Assembly: GCA_002633005.1 (NCBI GenBank)
Contig: NMRA01000947.1
Coordinates: 27,281 to 91,280 of the forward strand
Direction of reading: 5' to 3'
Length of the DNA stretch: 64,000 nt
Source: Phoronis australis
Lineage: Eukaryota; Animalia; Phoronida
Positions 26,827 through 40,600 of the stretch are shown in pieces. A program made the position numbers and the translations under genes. Under the pieces are notes generated by a model that had not been told where the DNA came from, ran no database searches, and worked only from the letters and a program-made list of their open reading frames with translations. Within the stretch, counting starts at the first letter, position 1, and each line of letters begins with the position of its first letter.

Positions 26827-28560
26827 ACCATACTATTAAATGGGGACAGGGCATGTTCATCCTGAAATCGTATAAAACTCTTACCGTGAGTATTCGAACG
26901 GTTTTACCGTAATAAACCATAAAAGTTTACTGACTTGTCGATTTGTAAAAAATTAACAGTTTTATTTTGTTTGTTAGACATCCCCATGATCTCTTCCTAA
27001 CATACATTAACATGGCAAATTGAAATAATTACATGAAACAAAAGAATTAAATACTTATTAGAAGTAGAATAAAAACAACATGTACATTAAAGGATAATAA
27101 CATAAAGTTATGTCCATGGTGCTTCATGCAAAATAAGAAAACTGATTTAGATAAGACAAATCTGAAATTACAGTCAATTTTAAGACAAAACTTATATTTG
27201 TCTCAAGTCTATTTCAAAAAAGTTTTACTTAAGTTTGTGGCTTTAGTTTTGTCTTAATTTTGACTCTTGCGACCGGACGTGGAAGTTTCAATGTTTGGAA
27301 CTTGAGACAAAAGTTAGACTTAAGTCAAGAATGAACTTTATTGTCAATCTCCTGGACCGAGCCCTTGATTTAAAACCATTAGAAAGGCCAGAATACCAAG
27401 AACAAGCACGATCCACAATGGTATTGAAAAAGTGCAGAGACAAGAAATACGAAATGTAAAACAATATTACTACAGGTAAATAATGAACTAAATAAAACGC
27501 AAGGATGGAAATGACATGAATGATGACATTAAATGAATAAATAAATAGTTAAGCAAATAACCTAACTGCGAAGTTTGGGTCAGTATCCTTATAGGGTGTA
27601 AGCGTGATTTCGCAGTTAAGTAGACTTACCGTAACTGTGAAGTTTTGGTCGTATCGTAATAGGGTGTGTTTGCCATTTCACAGGTAGTGACACAACTGTG
27701 AAATTTTGTTCGGTATCCATATAAATTTTATTCCGAGAAAGTTGACTGCAAAATTAGACCTTCCTCTATATACTAGATAGATATCTACAAAATTTGCAAT
27801 TGTGTATTGACCCTACCAAACAGGAAATTTTCAAGTTTCTGCTTCTATAATACATGTGTTCTGAAATCTCATTTGGTCAAATCCTTACACTTAATCCCAA
27901 CTCTAAACCTAACCCAAACCCCAACTCTAACCGTAACCTTAGTAACCTAAAGGTATATATTCCTGGGGCAACATGGCGATGCTCCCGTCACCTTCATACA
28001 TGTACGCCAGAAGGTTTTCATCGAATTATGCCTCACATTGATTAAACCATCAAAGTCACGTTGCTATGAAGTACCTCAAATTTTGCGCATAGAGGGCCAC
28101 CTCAGGAGGCCAATTAATCTATGCTTCCAACAAAAACTGCCATAATCAAACTTTTTTTTCGAGCAGTTCTTCATTCAGTTGCCCAAATCAGCAACTGCAT
28201 TTTTACACTGCATGTACCTGGGGATATGATGTCTCATAATTCACCCAAAAGCGTTCTGGCGTATGAAGGTTCGTCCTATGGGAGCATCATCTCTACTGCT
28301 ATATAGAGGCATTGGCACTGTCTATAATTATAATGATTGGATTGTAATGAGATTCCAATGATATTCTAGAGTGAGAATGCACTGAGAATCTAATTTGCAT
28401 TGCATTCCCTGACACAGTGAGAATTCGTCTTACTGAAAATCTCAGAAATCACCCTTTAGTGTAATTTTCTGTGACTTGGCTAACTACAATATTTACATTG
28501 TTTTGGTTGGTAAAGTTAAGTTGTATTTTTCACTTTTTAGTGAGATTCATACAATTCCAA

Positions 28561-28618
28561 ATGAATGATAAGGAGCCAATTTTGTCCCAGCCTGTGGGAC
28601 ACAACAACTTTCAGCCAG
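28561..28618 (+). CDS. PLSCR: PLSCR-B coding exon 1 ([19 protein letters not shown])
   Basis: Acceptor at 28540, ATG 28561, G|gtaag. Confidence 0.85.
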
Positions 28619-31600
28619 GTAAGCCAGCACTATAGAATACAGTTATGGTCCACTTCGGTACTTATTAAGAAGTGCAGCTTTCTGACAGCTGGACAAATAA
28701 AGCTAATTTCAGAGGCAATTGTATCGTCTAGTGCCTGCACATGGTTGTTTTTTGTCTGTAGCTATGTGCCAGCTAACAAGATGAGAGAACAGTATCCTGT
28801 TGTATTAACAGCAATGATGAGTTGAATCTTCACATAATGCTTTCTAAGTAGTTTGAAATGTACTATACACGTATAATCTAACTGGCTATTTACCTCAGCC
28901 TTTGGCTGTATTAGACATTATGCAAACTCTCCACTCATTTAACACGCACCTCATTTTGCTCACCAAAAATTATTATTGAAAAATAATTTTCTCCTTATTT
29001 TGCGTGTATGTACTTGAAGCGAATTTCTTACCTGGCGTAATTTCCACACATTTTCTTGATATCCATTAATAGGCCAAAACTATGGGACCTTATCAACAAT
29101 TAAGTCTGTACATTTTGCCAAAAATGTATTAAACAATTTAATTCAACAAACGTATATGATGTTATGAAAGTAGGAATTCTGTAGAATTTGATACCATTCT
29201 GCCACTAATGAGGTTACATTAATACCTTGCTTTTTGAAAAAAATAGCAAAAAGGAAAGATGCATTCACACCAAAACTATGCTATCAATAACGAAGCCAAA
29301 TTTCATATGATGGAATTGTTCAAGATAAAATCTCTAAAACGCTGTTGCAGTTCTCTAATTAATGGTTTTGTTTTGTTTTTATGCAACTCATGTATTTAAT
29401 TCGTCAAAATCACAGGTTTTCCTTTTTGAGATACGTTGTTCCAAAGTTGGACAAAATGGACAATTTTCTAGGGTGTTTACCTTAATTCATCCATTTATAA
29501 TGGATACTGTTTACATGATGGTGGAAGGGGTGACCTTCATTGAGTGTCGTGTCTCTCAGAGTCATGTGCTCAAATAACGGTTTCACCAATGGTGGGAAAG
29601 CACTGTTTTGTTAGAACAAGATGAATTAACTTAATGATTATGAATTGGGTGGTGTTAGCAACCTGAAGACCACGCACAGGCTAGTGAGGATTCTTGGTTA
29701 ATCAGTCAATTTGACTCACTAGTCAAGTACGAAGTTTATAATCAGTTTATTTAATCAATTTATATGTAATAAAGGCCATAGCCCACTCTACTAAAGAACA
29801 ACATGTAACATACTACTTAAGGGTGCAGCGCAAGCTATCAGAGAGTCGAAAAGCAAAAGTTTATTCAGCACACCCTGATTATTTAATCAAGAAAATCTTT
29901 AATTTCTCGTTTGTGCCCAAGTGAAGAGTTCAGTGCTGGTTTCGATTTCCTCTTAGTTGATATCCAGTTTCCTCTATTTTGTCTCTTTATATCATTAAAT
30001 GTGACTTTATGTGTTTCTATCACATGAAGCCTATTAATTTGTAGAATGATACGCCAACTAGAATTGCTTTCCTTTTTTGTCATTGGTCATCCCAAGCCTT
30101 GAGAATTAGTTTAGTCCACAGTTACAATAAGCATAAAACTGGTATTGACCTCTCCCTTACTAAGACGAGGGATCGTTTTCTGAGCTTAAGAACGACAGTT
30201 AAGTGCTTGAGACATACAGTGTAAAACACACAATGAACAGTTCATATTACTACATAAGCCTTATATCAAACAATAAGTAAACGAACTGTCACCCCTTCCA
30301 TCTGGCCCAGTGTAGACATGATATAGCTGTTCCTGTTACTCTGGCTCTGTGTAGACAATAGCTGTTCGTATTCATCAAATGGCAGTAACTGAATGCTATA
30401 GCTTTTTGGTATAATGAGGCATATGAATGGCAGAGCTGTTTTTTTCACAGACCCTGTTAAATCTATATTTCAAAGTAATCCCCATGCATACGCTACCCTC
30501 TCACAACAGTAAGTTTCATACGTCACAAGATAATTGTTTTTATCTTAGGTTCACAATAATCTCTAACCCATATGCTTCATGTTTTGAGTTTGTGTACTTG
30601 GATCAGTTAGATAATGGCCATGTGCAAGTGGCTGAGATGAGTGTTTAATCACAGAACAAGTACAATGGATGGAGAGGCCTACAGCTGCTCCTGGGTGTCC
30701 TCCGGGTTTGGAATACCTGACCTTAGTTGACCAGCTCCTGATTCACCAGCAGGTGGAGCTGATGCAAGGTAAAGCACTGGCTCGGTGACGGAAAAGTTTT
30801 GGAAAACAAGCGTAATCGATATCTCAATCTCCAGGCCAACTGAAAATTTACAATCTTGGTGTTTTGTTTTGGATCACAAAACAATGTAACAACGTCTGAT
30901 TGACAGTGCTATGACGCATGTATAGCTTGTATTAATTTACTTTTTACCAAAAATAATGAGTAAACGAATAGTTTATGCCCGGCACAGAATGTCGTTAATT
31001 ATTGTCAACTGACCCAGTAAACATGACAATATTGGCCCAGTACTGGATTTCTGTTGCTTGATAACGCGTGTACCGTATACCGGTTTACGTTTCTGGGCCA
31101 CAAATGGCCCAGTACCGTCCCCACGACACTAACCCAGTGAACTTTCTCTTAGCGGCTCGCCGGTATTGGACCGGTAAACACAGACTTGAACACAAGAGGG
31201 CAGTTAGAGGCTTGCCCACAGGAAGGCTGAAACTTTTGACTTTTTTGAAAAAATCAGATGTGTGACAATAAAACTTTTCAATTTTCATAAAAAATTAATT
31301 ACCAGCAGCTGTATTACAGTGTAATTTTATTTTTTAAAGAAAACCTTCCACCAGATGACCTTCATGAAAAAACCCGCCATTTTGAAATTTCCGTTGAAGA
31401 ACACTTGAGTTGTTTAGAGTTTGAAACCAACGTGTGTAACAGAATAGTGAAGGATTTTCACAGTGAACTTCAGATTTCAGGTAAGTTTCATATTTTTTCG
31501 CTTTGCATGCCATGCCAGTGTCTGTAAGAGTAAACAAAACATGATTTATACCACAGACGTTCTCAGCTTCTGATCGTCGCCAATGCGGCCAATGGCCAAT

Positions 31601-34600
31601 ACAAATTGGGCACACAATATACTACAAGATATGACACTCGGGATTCGCCCATATCAAACACAAAACTCAACAAATGTACACAAAACAGGGGTCCAACAAA
31701 TCACGAGCATAAATAAAAATATTTCCAGGTGATCAGTGCAATGGGCCCACATGCGAGGCCTGCGCACGTCTGGTACGTGTATCAGACCGCCTGCAATTAT
31801 TTTATATTCATTATAAACCACGAGCAATATATCTTTCTCTTGGTAGTGAACCACCCGTAGAATTCCTTGTCCCGAGTGTCATACCTTGTAGTATTATATA
31901 CTCTGGAGTTCCGAATAGTAGTAGAGACAGCAATAATAGTGTAGACTGGAAAATTTCACGATTTTTAATAATAGTAGAGACTCTAATAATAGTATAGACC
32001 CAACATTTTTGCCACTAGAAAAGTAGAATAATAGTATAGACCGGAAATTTGTCGGAAAAAATTAATAATAGTATAGAATGGAATAATGGTATAGACGGCA
32101 AATTTGTGGAAATTTAAACATAGTATAGACTGGAATAATAATATTGCTTACAAATTTAGGTAAAACCTAATAATGATATAGAAGGGAATAATAATGCAAA
32201 ACAGCAAATTCTAGGGAATAATGATATAGATGGGAAATTTGTGGAAAATTTTGACTGGAATAACATTGATTACAAATTTGCGTAAAATCAAGTAACGGCA
32301 GATGGAAATAATAGGAAGTGCAAAATCTAATGATATAGATAGGAATAATAGTGCAAAGAAGCAAATTCTGTCTGTCTTACCACCGCTTTAAGTAATTGTT
32401 TCAAAGAAAAAATTTTAAACTGAACATTAGCATTGTTTAATTGCTGCAGTGGTGTATCCACCCATGCCATAACATAGTACAGTGAAGTGGAATAAAAGCG
32501 TCATTGCTAAAACAAAGACCATTCGTTTATTCAATAACTTTAAATGGAAGTCTAAATAGACGTGTTTCAAACAGTAAGCGGTATCATTTTACTCAAAACG
32601 AATGACATTCATACTAGAGATGACAATGTTGACTTAGTCCAAAAACTAACAAGGAGGTAAAGATTTCAGAAGGAACATCCAGTCTTCCACGAAGCCGACA
32701 GTCTGAATAAAGACAATAAAGTGTCTTGGTCAAACGATTCCCATTTTTATCATAAATGTTCCTGACATTCGAGCCTTTGTTTTCTCTCAATCTCATGTCT
32801 TGAACAGTCAATACCCTCGTAATGTTAGTCAGAATTCGACGTCAAAAAGTCTGTAGGCTACATCCAAAATTTTACACGGCCAGAAATTGAGATTTCTCGC
32901 AGAATTGCCCAACATTCAAGTCCACGACCACGACTACGTCAACCATCTTGAATATCTAATTAGGTATAAATAATAAACAAACCGATTCACGTGCGTTTTT
33001 CCATTTATTTGGATGGGAGAGCAAGTAGAAATCAATTTCAATAGATATCGACTGGATTGTCGAACGTTAGCAACTATGTCATTTTCAAGATTGTCAGAAG
33101 TCCATTCTTCCTGTTCACAAAAACAATCTGTTCTCAAGTTTGGAGCGAATTGTAAAAATGCCGATGTCCTATGACGTCGGCAACTTGTTGGTACTTTGTT
33201 GACTGAAAGGTTCGGCACCGTTCATTAATTGCACGGGTATTTGCGCTTGGTTGACTGGCCGCGTTATCACCACGTTACGTATCTGTAGCTGGATTATTTG
33301 TCTTCTGCTAGCACCTAAATCAATGTCAGTTTCTGGAACATCTCTCGTTTTGTAAAATAATCCTCGAATTCTTTAGGCCTTTGTGCGGCAGATGACATGA
33401 TTAAGTATGTAGAATGCACATGTCAATACGGAAACCGCAGATGACACTGGCTGTGCAAAATCCCGGAATTACTCCCCCCAGAAACGCAAACTTTGGGGAT
33501 AGACACAGTGAAGAGGTGTAATGGCTTGCCAGTTTTTCACAGGGTGCAATCACAAATATTGGATCAGCCAAAGAAACTCGTCGAAAGCGTTTTTTTTGAT
33601 ACGTATGTTGAGCTGCCGGTAACACCGATCTGTGTCACGGGGCGCGCGGAATATTGAAAAAGGCACTTTTTGTGTATTAAATTTCTCATTTCTGTAATTA
33701 CTGATCCCCTTTTTCTTTGAGCGACTGACGACCAGCCGTTAATATTGAGAAAGTGGTCATCATTTCAAGCTTTTTTAAATTTTGCCGACACAGATCCCGT
33801 CGAACCCGTCGAAAATAACATTCTGGCCGTCCAACCATAGATACTCGTCTATGGTCCAACAGACGGTCGCTGCGTAAACCCTTGCTTGGGAGTCCGATTA
33901 TTTTACGCTTCGAAACACACAGTTGTATATTTTAGGGAATAAAATTTTTAATATGTATGACATGTGACTTCCGTGTATAACGCGGAGTGGTATGTAGCTC
34001 TTCTAAATTACGAGCTCTGACCAGAGTGTCTGGTGGTCTAGAGGTTTAGAGCAAATTAACTTGTTTTATGACCAAGGTACGATACCCGGTGTCCGCAGCG
34101 AAGTTTTTGTGCACCAGATTTGTATTGAATGAAACAAAAATTTGAGCTTGCTGAATTAAATAATCGTGTATAGTGGCAAAAGGTTAGAAAATTAATAAAC
34201 GTAGAGACCCGAATAAGCGCCATATAGACTGGAAAACGAGTCTGAAAAAAATAATCGTATAGATACGACTATTCGGAACTCGAGAGTATTTAGCGCACAA
34301 TATTGCTGACAAGTGAAATTCTGTCATTAATTTTGTCTACAAAATTAAAGATTCCGAACATGTTACTCTGGCGTGCATTGTGTGGGTGTCATAAAACAGC
34401 TTATGTCGAAGTTCCCGTTATTTGTGCAAAGGTTAATGTTAGTCTGTGAAAAGTGGAAAAAAAGTCCATTTTGACAAATGTTTATGTGCAAAGTAAGTGA
34501 AGAACCACCATATGAGACAACGTGCAAATTACTACTGACTAGTAGAGAGACATCCAGTGATAGAAATGAACTACCACAACTGAAGGTTGAAAGCCCCTAA

Positions 34601-37600
34601 TGTTCCTATTCAAGTTGTTCCCAGCATGTAACTCACTGCTGTGTAAGGCTTCATGGATTAAAACTGGTTAGTTCTATTCACATCATGGTCCAGAATGTTT
34701 ACATCTCATTAAGTGTAATGCAATGGTTTGATTCTATGAAGTGATTGAATAAGGAACTGTTGGCATCTTTGGAAAGTTTGGTTATTCTGATATTAAGAAT
34801 TCTTGTTGCCATACCAACGTAAAATTCATTGCAGTTCTTTGCAATTGATCTTATAGACAGCATTACTATTTTGCTTAGTTGTCAAAGGAAACTTTTGTGT
34901 CTTCGACAAGGTGTAAAAGCAGCAATTAAGTGAACTGATAGTTCATTTAATAACCTAATGAGATTTCTGTGCAAGGCTATGAAGCACATGTATAGGGTAG
35001 GGAGATAATATTGTGCTAGAATTACATTTTTTAAGATTGAGTGACGTGAAGAAAATGAGCAAAAAAGCCAGTACTCATACGGGTGCATATGTGCGTNNNN
35101 NNNNNNNNNNNNNNNNNNNNNNNNNNNNNNNNNNNNNNNNNNNNNNNNNNNNNNNNNNNNNCCTTTACTGGCTCGATACCGCAATCTTGTATCGGGGCCA
35201 ATACGGGGAAGGTGTGCAGAATGTTATTGGGCCAGTACTGGCCTACATCATTGGGCCAATACAGAAGACATTTCAGGGCCAGTATTGGCCCAGTACCTGC
35301 ATGTTTACTGGGGAAGAATGGTTTTTAGTTTTAATTGAGTGTAACGAGGTCCTGTGACTGTGACATGTTTAAAACCTATGTAACTTTGCATTTCACATGA
35401 CTTTGTATCTTCGAAGCGACTGCTCAAAATTTCAGATGGAACTTTCTAGTTGTGTGATGCAGGGCTTGATTTGGCAGTTTGCATGTTGACAAAGCGATTT
35501 CCTACTTTGTTTGGCGACCTGGTAAAAGTCACAGGACACCATGGAGTTATTTTCACTCGCATATCCGAGCTCTCGCTCAAAATATTGCAGGAAAAAAGCA
35601 GATGGAATTTGGGATCAATGGGAAACATTTTGTAAAATATGTTGTATTGTATTGATCAATACCATGACCGTGACTGAGACAAATTTGTACTGTAATTGAT
35701 GATTTTATTGTCTATTTCAGTTTTGACTGGCTGGGAAGTGAACAACAGATATGCAATTAAGAATTCCATGGGACAGCAAGTTTACTTTGCCATTGAAGGT
35801 ATGTAGCCACCATTATCTACGCCAGGCGGGCGTCCTAGTCTGTTTGAAAGGGGGAACGAACTTGAATTGATGCTGACAGGCATTTTTATGGGCTCACATA
35901 TTTATATGTGGTAAAATTTTGCCGTCATCTCTGTCCGTCATCCGGCCAGCGTCCTCTAGCTGCTGTATCTCCAAATGAAACTCTTCATGAAAATTGGAAA
36001 ATTTGCAGATATGTTTCTTTCGTGGATGGGATGGCATCAGCGGTTGGATTCAACCATTGTTATGCCCCCTATTGGCAATTTTAGTTTTGAGCATGGTTTA
36101 AGATTGGGAGCGGGACAATGTCAACGAGCCAATCGAGGTATGCAGCAAGGACATCTGTTGTCGAAAATTATGATTCTATTTTTGGAACGCTGGGGATTCC
36201 TAGACGCTCTTTTTACCAAGAAGATACGAAAGACAAAAGCGCGCGGTTTCCAATATTCGACCAGCTGGAATGTGACGATGAGATTGAAGAAAACGAATGG
36301 GTGAAATATTTTAAAAAACACTGGGGCGAATTTCATGGTTATGTAGAAAATTACGAAGCAGCATGTGACTTGGTAAAAGATTTTGAAGTAGAGACATCGA
36401 CCAGCTATACGGCTGTCAAGAGCACTCGGAAATTTGGACAGTATGAACTCCGTGATGGTGAGTTGTGCTGCATACAATTATTCATTGGTAGCTATAAAAT
36501 TGAACTCCAAGATTTCATCACCACTAGATACCTCGACGCCAGTATTTGTTGCTATTACGCTATTCACTTGGTGACTCGATGACTGGGACAGCCTGAGTGA
36601 AAACGAGCAATGAACTAAGTGAATAGCGTAAATAGCAACAAATGCCCCCTAGTGGCGGTTTTTTTTTCCAGCTGTTTATCACTGCTTAATCTCTGTAAAA
36701 TTTAGCAAGTGTATTTTTATGAAGATGACAACAGATAGCGACATCTGGACATATCTGATTACCAAAAGTTGACCACTGTACCCCAGTGCCAATTTCAATT
36801 TTTCATGGGCTTGTCAGCCGGGTGTGCTCTCATTGGGAGAGCATTGTTTTCTTCCTATGCACCCCCTAGAAGCTATTTTAAGTTTACTAGCATTGCTCCA
36901 TTTAGTGGGAATAATTATTTAAAATTATCCCTTGTATGTCTGCTATATGCGATGCACACGTTGTTCGCATATCAACGTTTCGCATTAATGTAACTATTTT
37001 AGTCAAGGTCGGACCTTATACTAAATTTTAGAAAAAGGCAATGTTGGCTAATTCAAATTCAAGAATTACAATCAATCACAAACGAAAATTCACCTTGGTG
37101 TTACAAAATATGTGAAGAATTGAAAACATTGCAGTCAGAACTATTTCTGACGATTTGATGAACTTTCACCTAGTAGATCTAAGTGCATTTTTCAGATTCT
37201 GCTGAATGATTCACTACATGTAAGTGTCCGATATTTGGGAAATGTCATACCCAATTCCAAAATCGCTCACATATTAAATACAGCCTAACAAAGACTGCAT
37301 GGTGATGGCTAATTGTTTTTAAAGTAGTGGTTCTGAATACCTGTGCCCAACAATAAATTGTTACATTCCCCATATTTCACCTTGACATTGATAAGCATGC
37401 AAGTAATGGTTCAAAGGTTTAATTTTGTAAGAGCAGACACATGTTTTAATGAATGAAAAATCAATTTTAAATTCCTTGATGAAATCAGTGTGACTTTCTT
37501 TGGTTTATGCAGAAACTGACGTGTGCATGAGGCAGTGCTGTGGACACCACAGGGGGTTTATTATTCACGTGCTTGATAACATGAACCAGGTGAGTCCTCT

Positions 37601-40600
37601 AGTGGCCATTTCTGGCATTACTAGTGCTCAGAGCTGATCGAGCTACAATTAACTTTCTAAGACATACGTGACAAAGACACATGAAAACTGAGAAGGAATA
37701 TTGATGAAAAATTGCTCATTACATGCCAAGAATAGGGCTGAAATGTTCAACAGTAACAGGTATTATCACTTGGTGGATTTAGTTATTCATCGACAATATC
37801 ATCTATTACAAACTTTTGGACATGGTTATTTGATAGTTGCATTTCTGTGCTGCATTTTTGAAAATGCTTTTACAAAAGTTTTTTTCATTTTGGGACAAAA
37901 ATGATATTTGCTAAAAGCGACGTTTTCCGATTTTCATAGGTTTGCTTCATCACTGCATGTTGTTTGGTGACAGGTGTATTAGGCGATCTGCCATGCAAAC
38001 AACAATTTTTAAATTGAAATTGAAAAGCAATTTTTTTAAATTTGTGTACTTAGGAATTCAACAACGGGAAATTCGTCTTATTCCCCTTATTGTTTGCATA
38101 CTTGTGTTGTTGCCTTGTAAAGGAAATGATCATAACTTCAGCTCCTAGATTGCATAGTACGGTAAAGCTTGCATTCAGCAGCTACCTGTATTTGTAGTTA
38201 TACCCAAGAATGATTATTTAGTTCTATATATTTACGAAGAATTGAACAATAGACTACATAGACTGGTGAATTTGGAATAGGAAATAACTGCATTCTGTGT
38301 TTTAACAGGAAGTGATGAGAATTCAACGAGAATTTAAATGTTGTGCTGGGTGTTGTTGGTGCGCCAACACTGACTGTATTGCTTATGAAGTATCAGTGGA
38401 GGCCCCTGTTGGACAAATAATTGGTTACGTGAGACAGTCGTAAGTTGACAGTTACTTCATCTGTTTTTAATCATTTTGGGGTTAGAGGGAGTTACTAGTC
38501 TGCATAGTGACTTAGAATGTTCACAGATGGTTGTAAATCATGGGTGGCATTTGCACACAATAGGCTTTTTGAAATTGACCTGCAACGTCAGTGAATTTAG
38601 CAGTGACTGAACTCGGCTCTTAGTCAGTGTAAGTAAATACAGGTTATCAGTTTATGACCGAACTGAGAAGATCGTAGTTTTATAATCACCAGAAGCTCCC
38701 AATGGTAATGAAATGATAATCATAAACCAGATATTGGGAATAGAAAAGTGATATAAAAACTGTCACATAGATGGGGCTGGTTCACATCTAGTTTATCACA
38801 GTAGCCTATAGATTGACACTTGTCACCAGGTGTCGCAGGAGCTTGAAAAAATCAGCTATGGCTAACCTAACATTACTCCAGTTTGTTTGTCAAACAAGTT
38901 CAGAGATATGTAATTTTTAGCCATATTGTACTTCACACTGCTTGAGTGGTAATCTCCATGTATTACCTATATCCCCAAAAAACAATTGACAGTATGTTTT
39001 AAAGCACATTTCTGTATTTAGCACTCACAAATTTTCACATGTGCCTCTGCAGCCACTCGAATGTTCAGGTTTGCGCTCTATGTACATACATGTATGTCCT
39101 AATGTTCATGTGTTGATGTACAACTTACTTAGTACCGTAATAAACCACTGACCTCAACTTTAGGTCATACACCGAAAAAATTTTATGCTTTCACGGTCTA
39201 CTATCAAAGGTATTTTTGAAAGGCTAAAGATCGAGGATTCAAAAGTATGCTTGTTACTATTGTGTCTTTATCATTGTCACATGACCACATTTTTAAGTCA
39301 AATTTTCATGTGCAAGAAATTATGTAAATTCAATAGCAAAACAACCCCCCAGCCAATTTCACAAAATCTTCATGACTAACTTTACATTATGTCTCATAAA
39401 CGCTTTCAGGAATTTTTGATTATTCACTTAGTTCAGGTTTTATGCCATCATAACTCGCAAAACACAAGGCATTTTTGTAAAAAAATAAGCGACCTTATTC
39501 CAATATTGCTCGATACATGAAAACTAGGCTGACATGTAATAAGCAGCTCATGAAAATTTGTCTTACAACCGTGGTCATGTGACAATAATAAAGACAGAGC
39601 AGTAAAAAGCATATAAATTTTTAGATTTCTCGATCTTCTTTTAAACAATATATATACTTTTAATGGTTGACAAAGCAGTTTTTTGATATTTGACTTAGAG
39701 TTGAAGTCTTTTCTTAAGATCCTAAATAACCTTATTAATAAGCAGCTCAGGTCACACTGTGTCACACCAGTAAAACCAAAGAAAATTGTCAGTTTTTGCT
39801 TAACCTCATGTCAATACCATTAGGTTTTTATTGTTGATGGTTATTCGATCTTGTTTTTGATACGTCGGAGGCTCAAACAGTGGCCATGTGTGACATGTCA
39901 AACACTTAAGTTGACTCATCATAGATTTTTGGATGTTTTCCAGACAAAGTGCATGGAAGCCAAAGTACACAGTGAAGGATGCACTTGGTAATGATGTGTT
40001 TGATATCCAAGGGCCATGCTGTCCTTGTCAAACTATCTGCTGTACCAATGATGTTGACTTCAGGGTAGGTGGGATGTAACGCTATTGATTGTGCACCAGA
40101 TGTGTTCTACATATTCTGAAGGAAAAGACGTGTTACTGAGTGCCAGAAAGAAAAGCATGAGATTTTGGAATGAAAAATGTCAAATCTGTGGTAATTGAAA
40201 TGTAATTGTGTTCAACATTATCGTTTTGGTGAAAGGATGAAAGTGTTCACAGTAATTGTGAAAGGTTATCTCCGGTAGTTAATCAGCAGGTGAAACTTTG
40301 CTGAAAATAGTAGGATTTAAAAGCGAAGCTTTGCATGGTACTCACCGAAACTTCAGTGTAGTGGGAAAGGTCAGAGCTAAACTCCGCCAAAGTTATCGGC
40401 GGGTTGGGGCAATATGATATACGATCACGCGAGACTCACAAAATGTACTCTTTGTTATTGTAGCGAAGCCGACGTGCTCTCAATAGACATGTAATAAATA
40501 AAAGAAAGCATATCTGATGAAGAATGACACTGGTCATTTCCATCAACACTAAAATGGCAGGAGAATAATTTTCAGTTAGCCTTAAACCCACTACTCAACA

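Larger units (their letters stand above)
24676..27813. mobile_element. 3.1-kb foldback/Mutator-like insertion with 9-bp TSD and inverted arrays of a ~60-bp repeat
   Basis: TSD tatcaaaca (24667-24675) / taccaaaca (27814-27822); GGGT...ACCC ends; empty site ggtttg-taccaaata-ggaaattttc at 331-355 in copy A. Confidence 0.75.
31013..35312. mobile_element. 4.3-kb EnSpm/CACTA-type element (TIR CCCAGTAAACATG, 2-bp TSD GA)
   Basis: ga|cccagtaaacatg ... catgtttactggg|ga; ggcccagtactgg subterminal repeats; empty site in copy A at ~4955-4985 (ttaactga-ataatggtttttag); contains N gap 35097-35161. Confidence 0.88.

Noticed and set aside
27890-27950. ctaacc-like run as an interstitial telomere
   Set aside because: Short, degenerate (aaccct)n tract also seen at ~2030; common low-complexity sequence.
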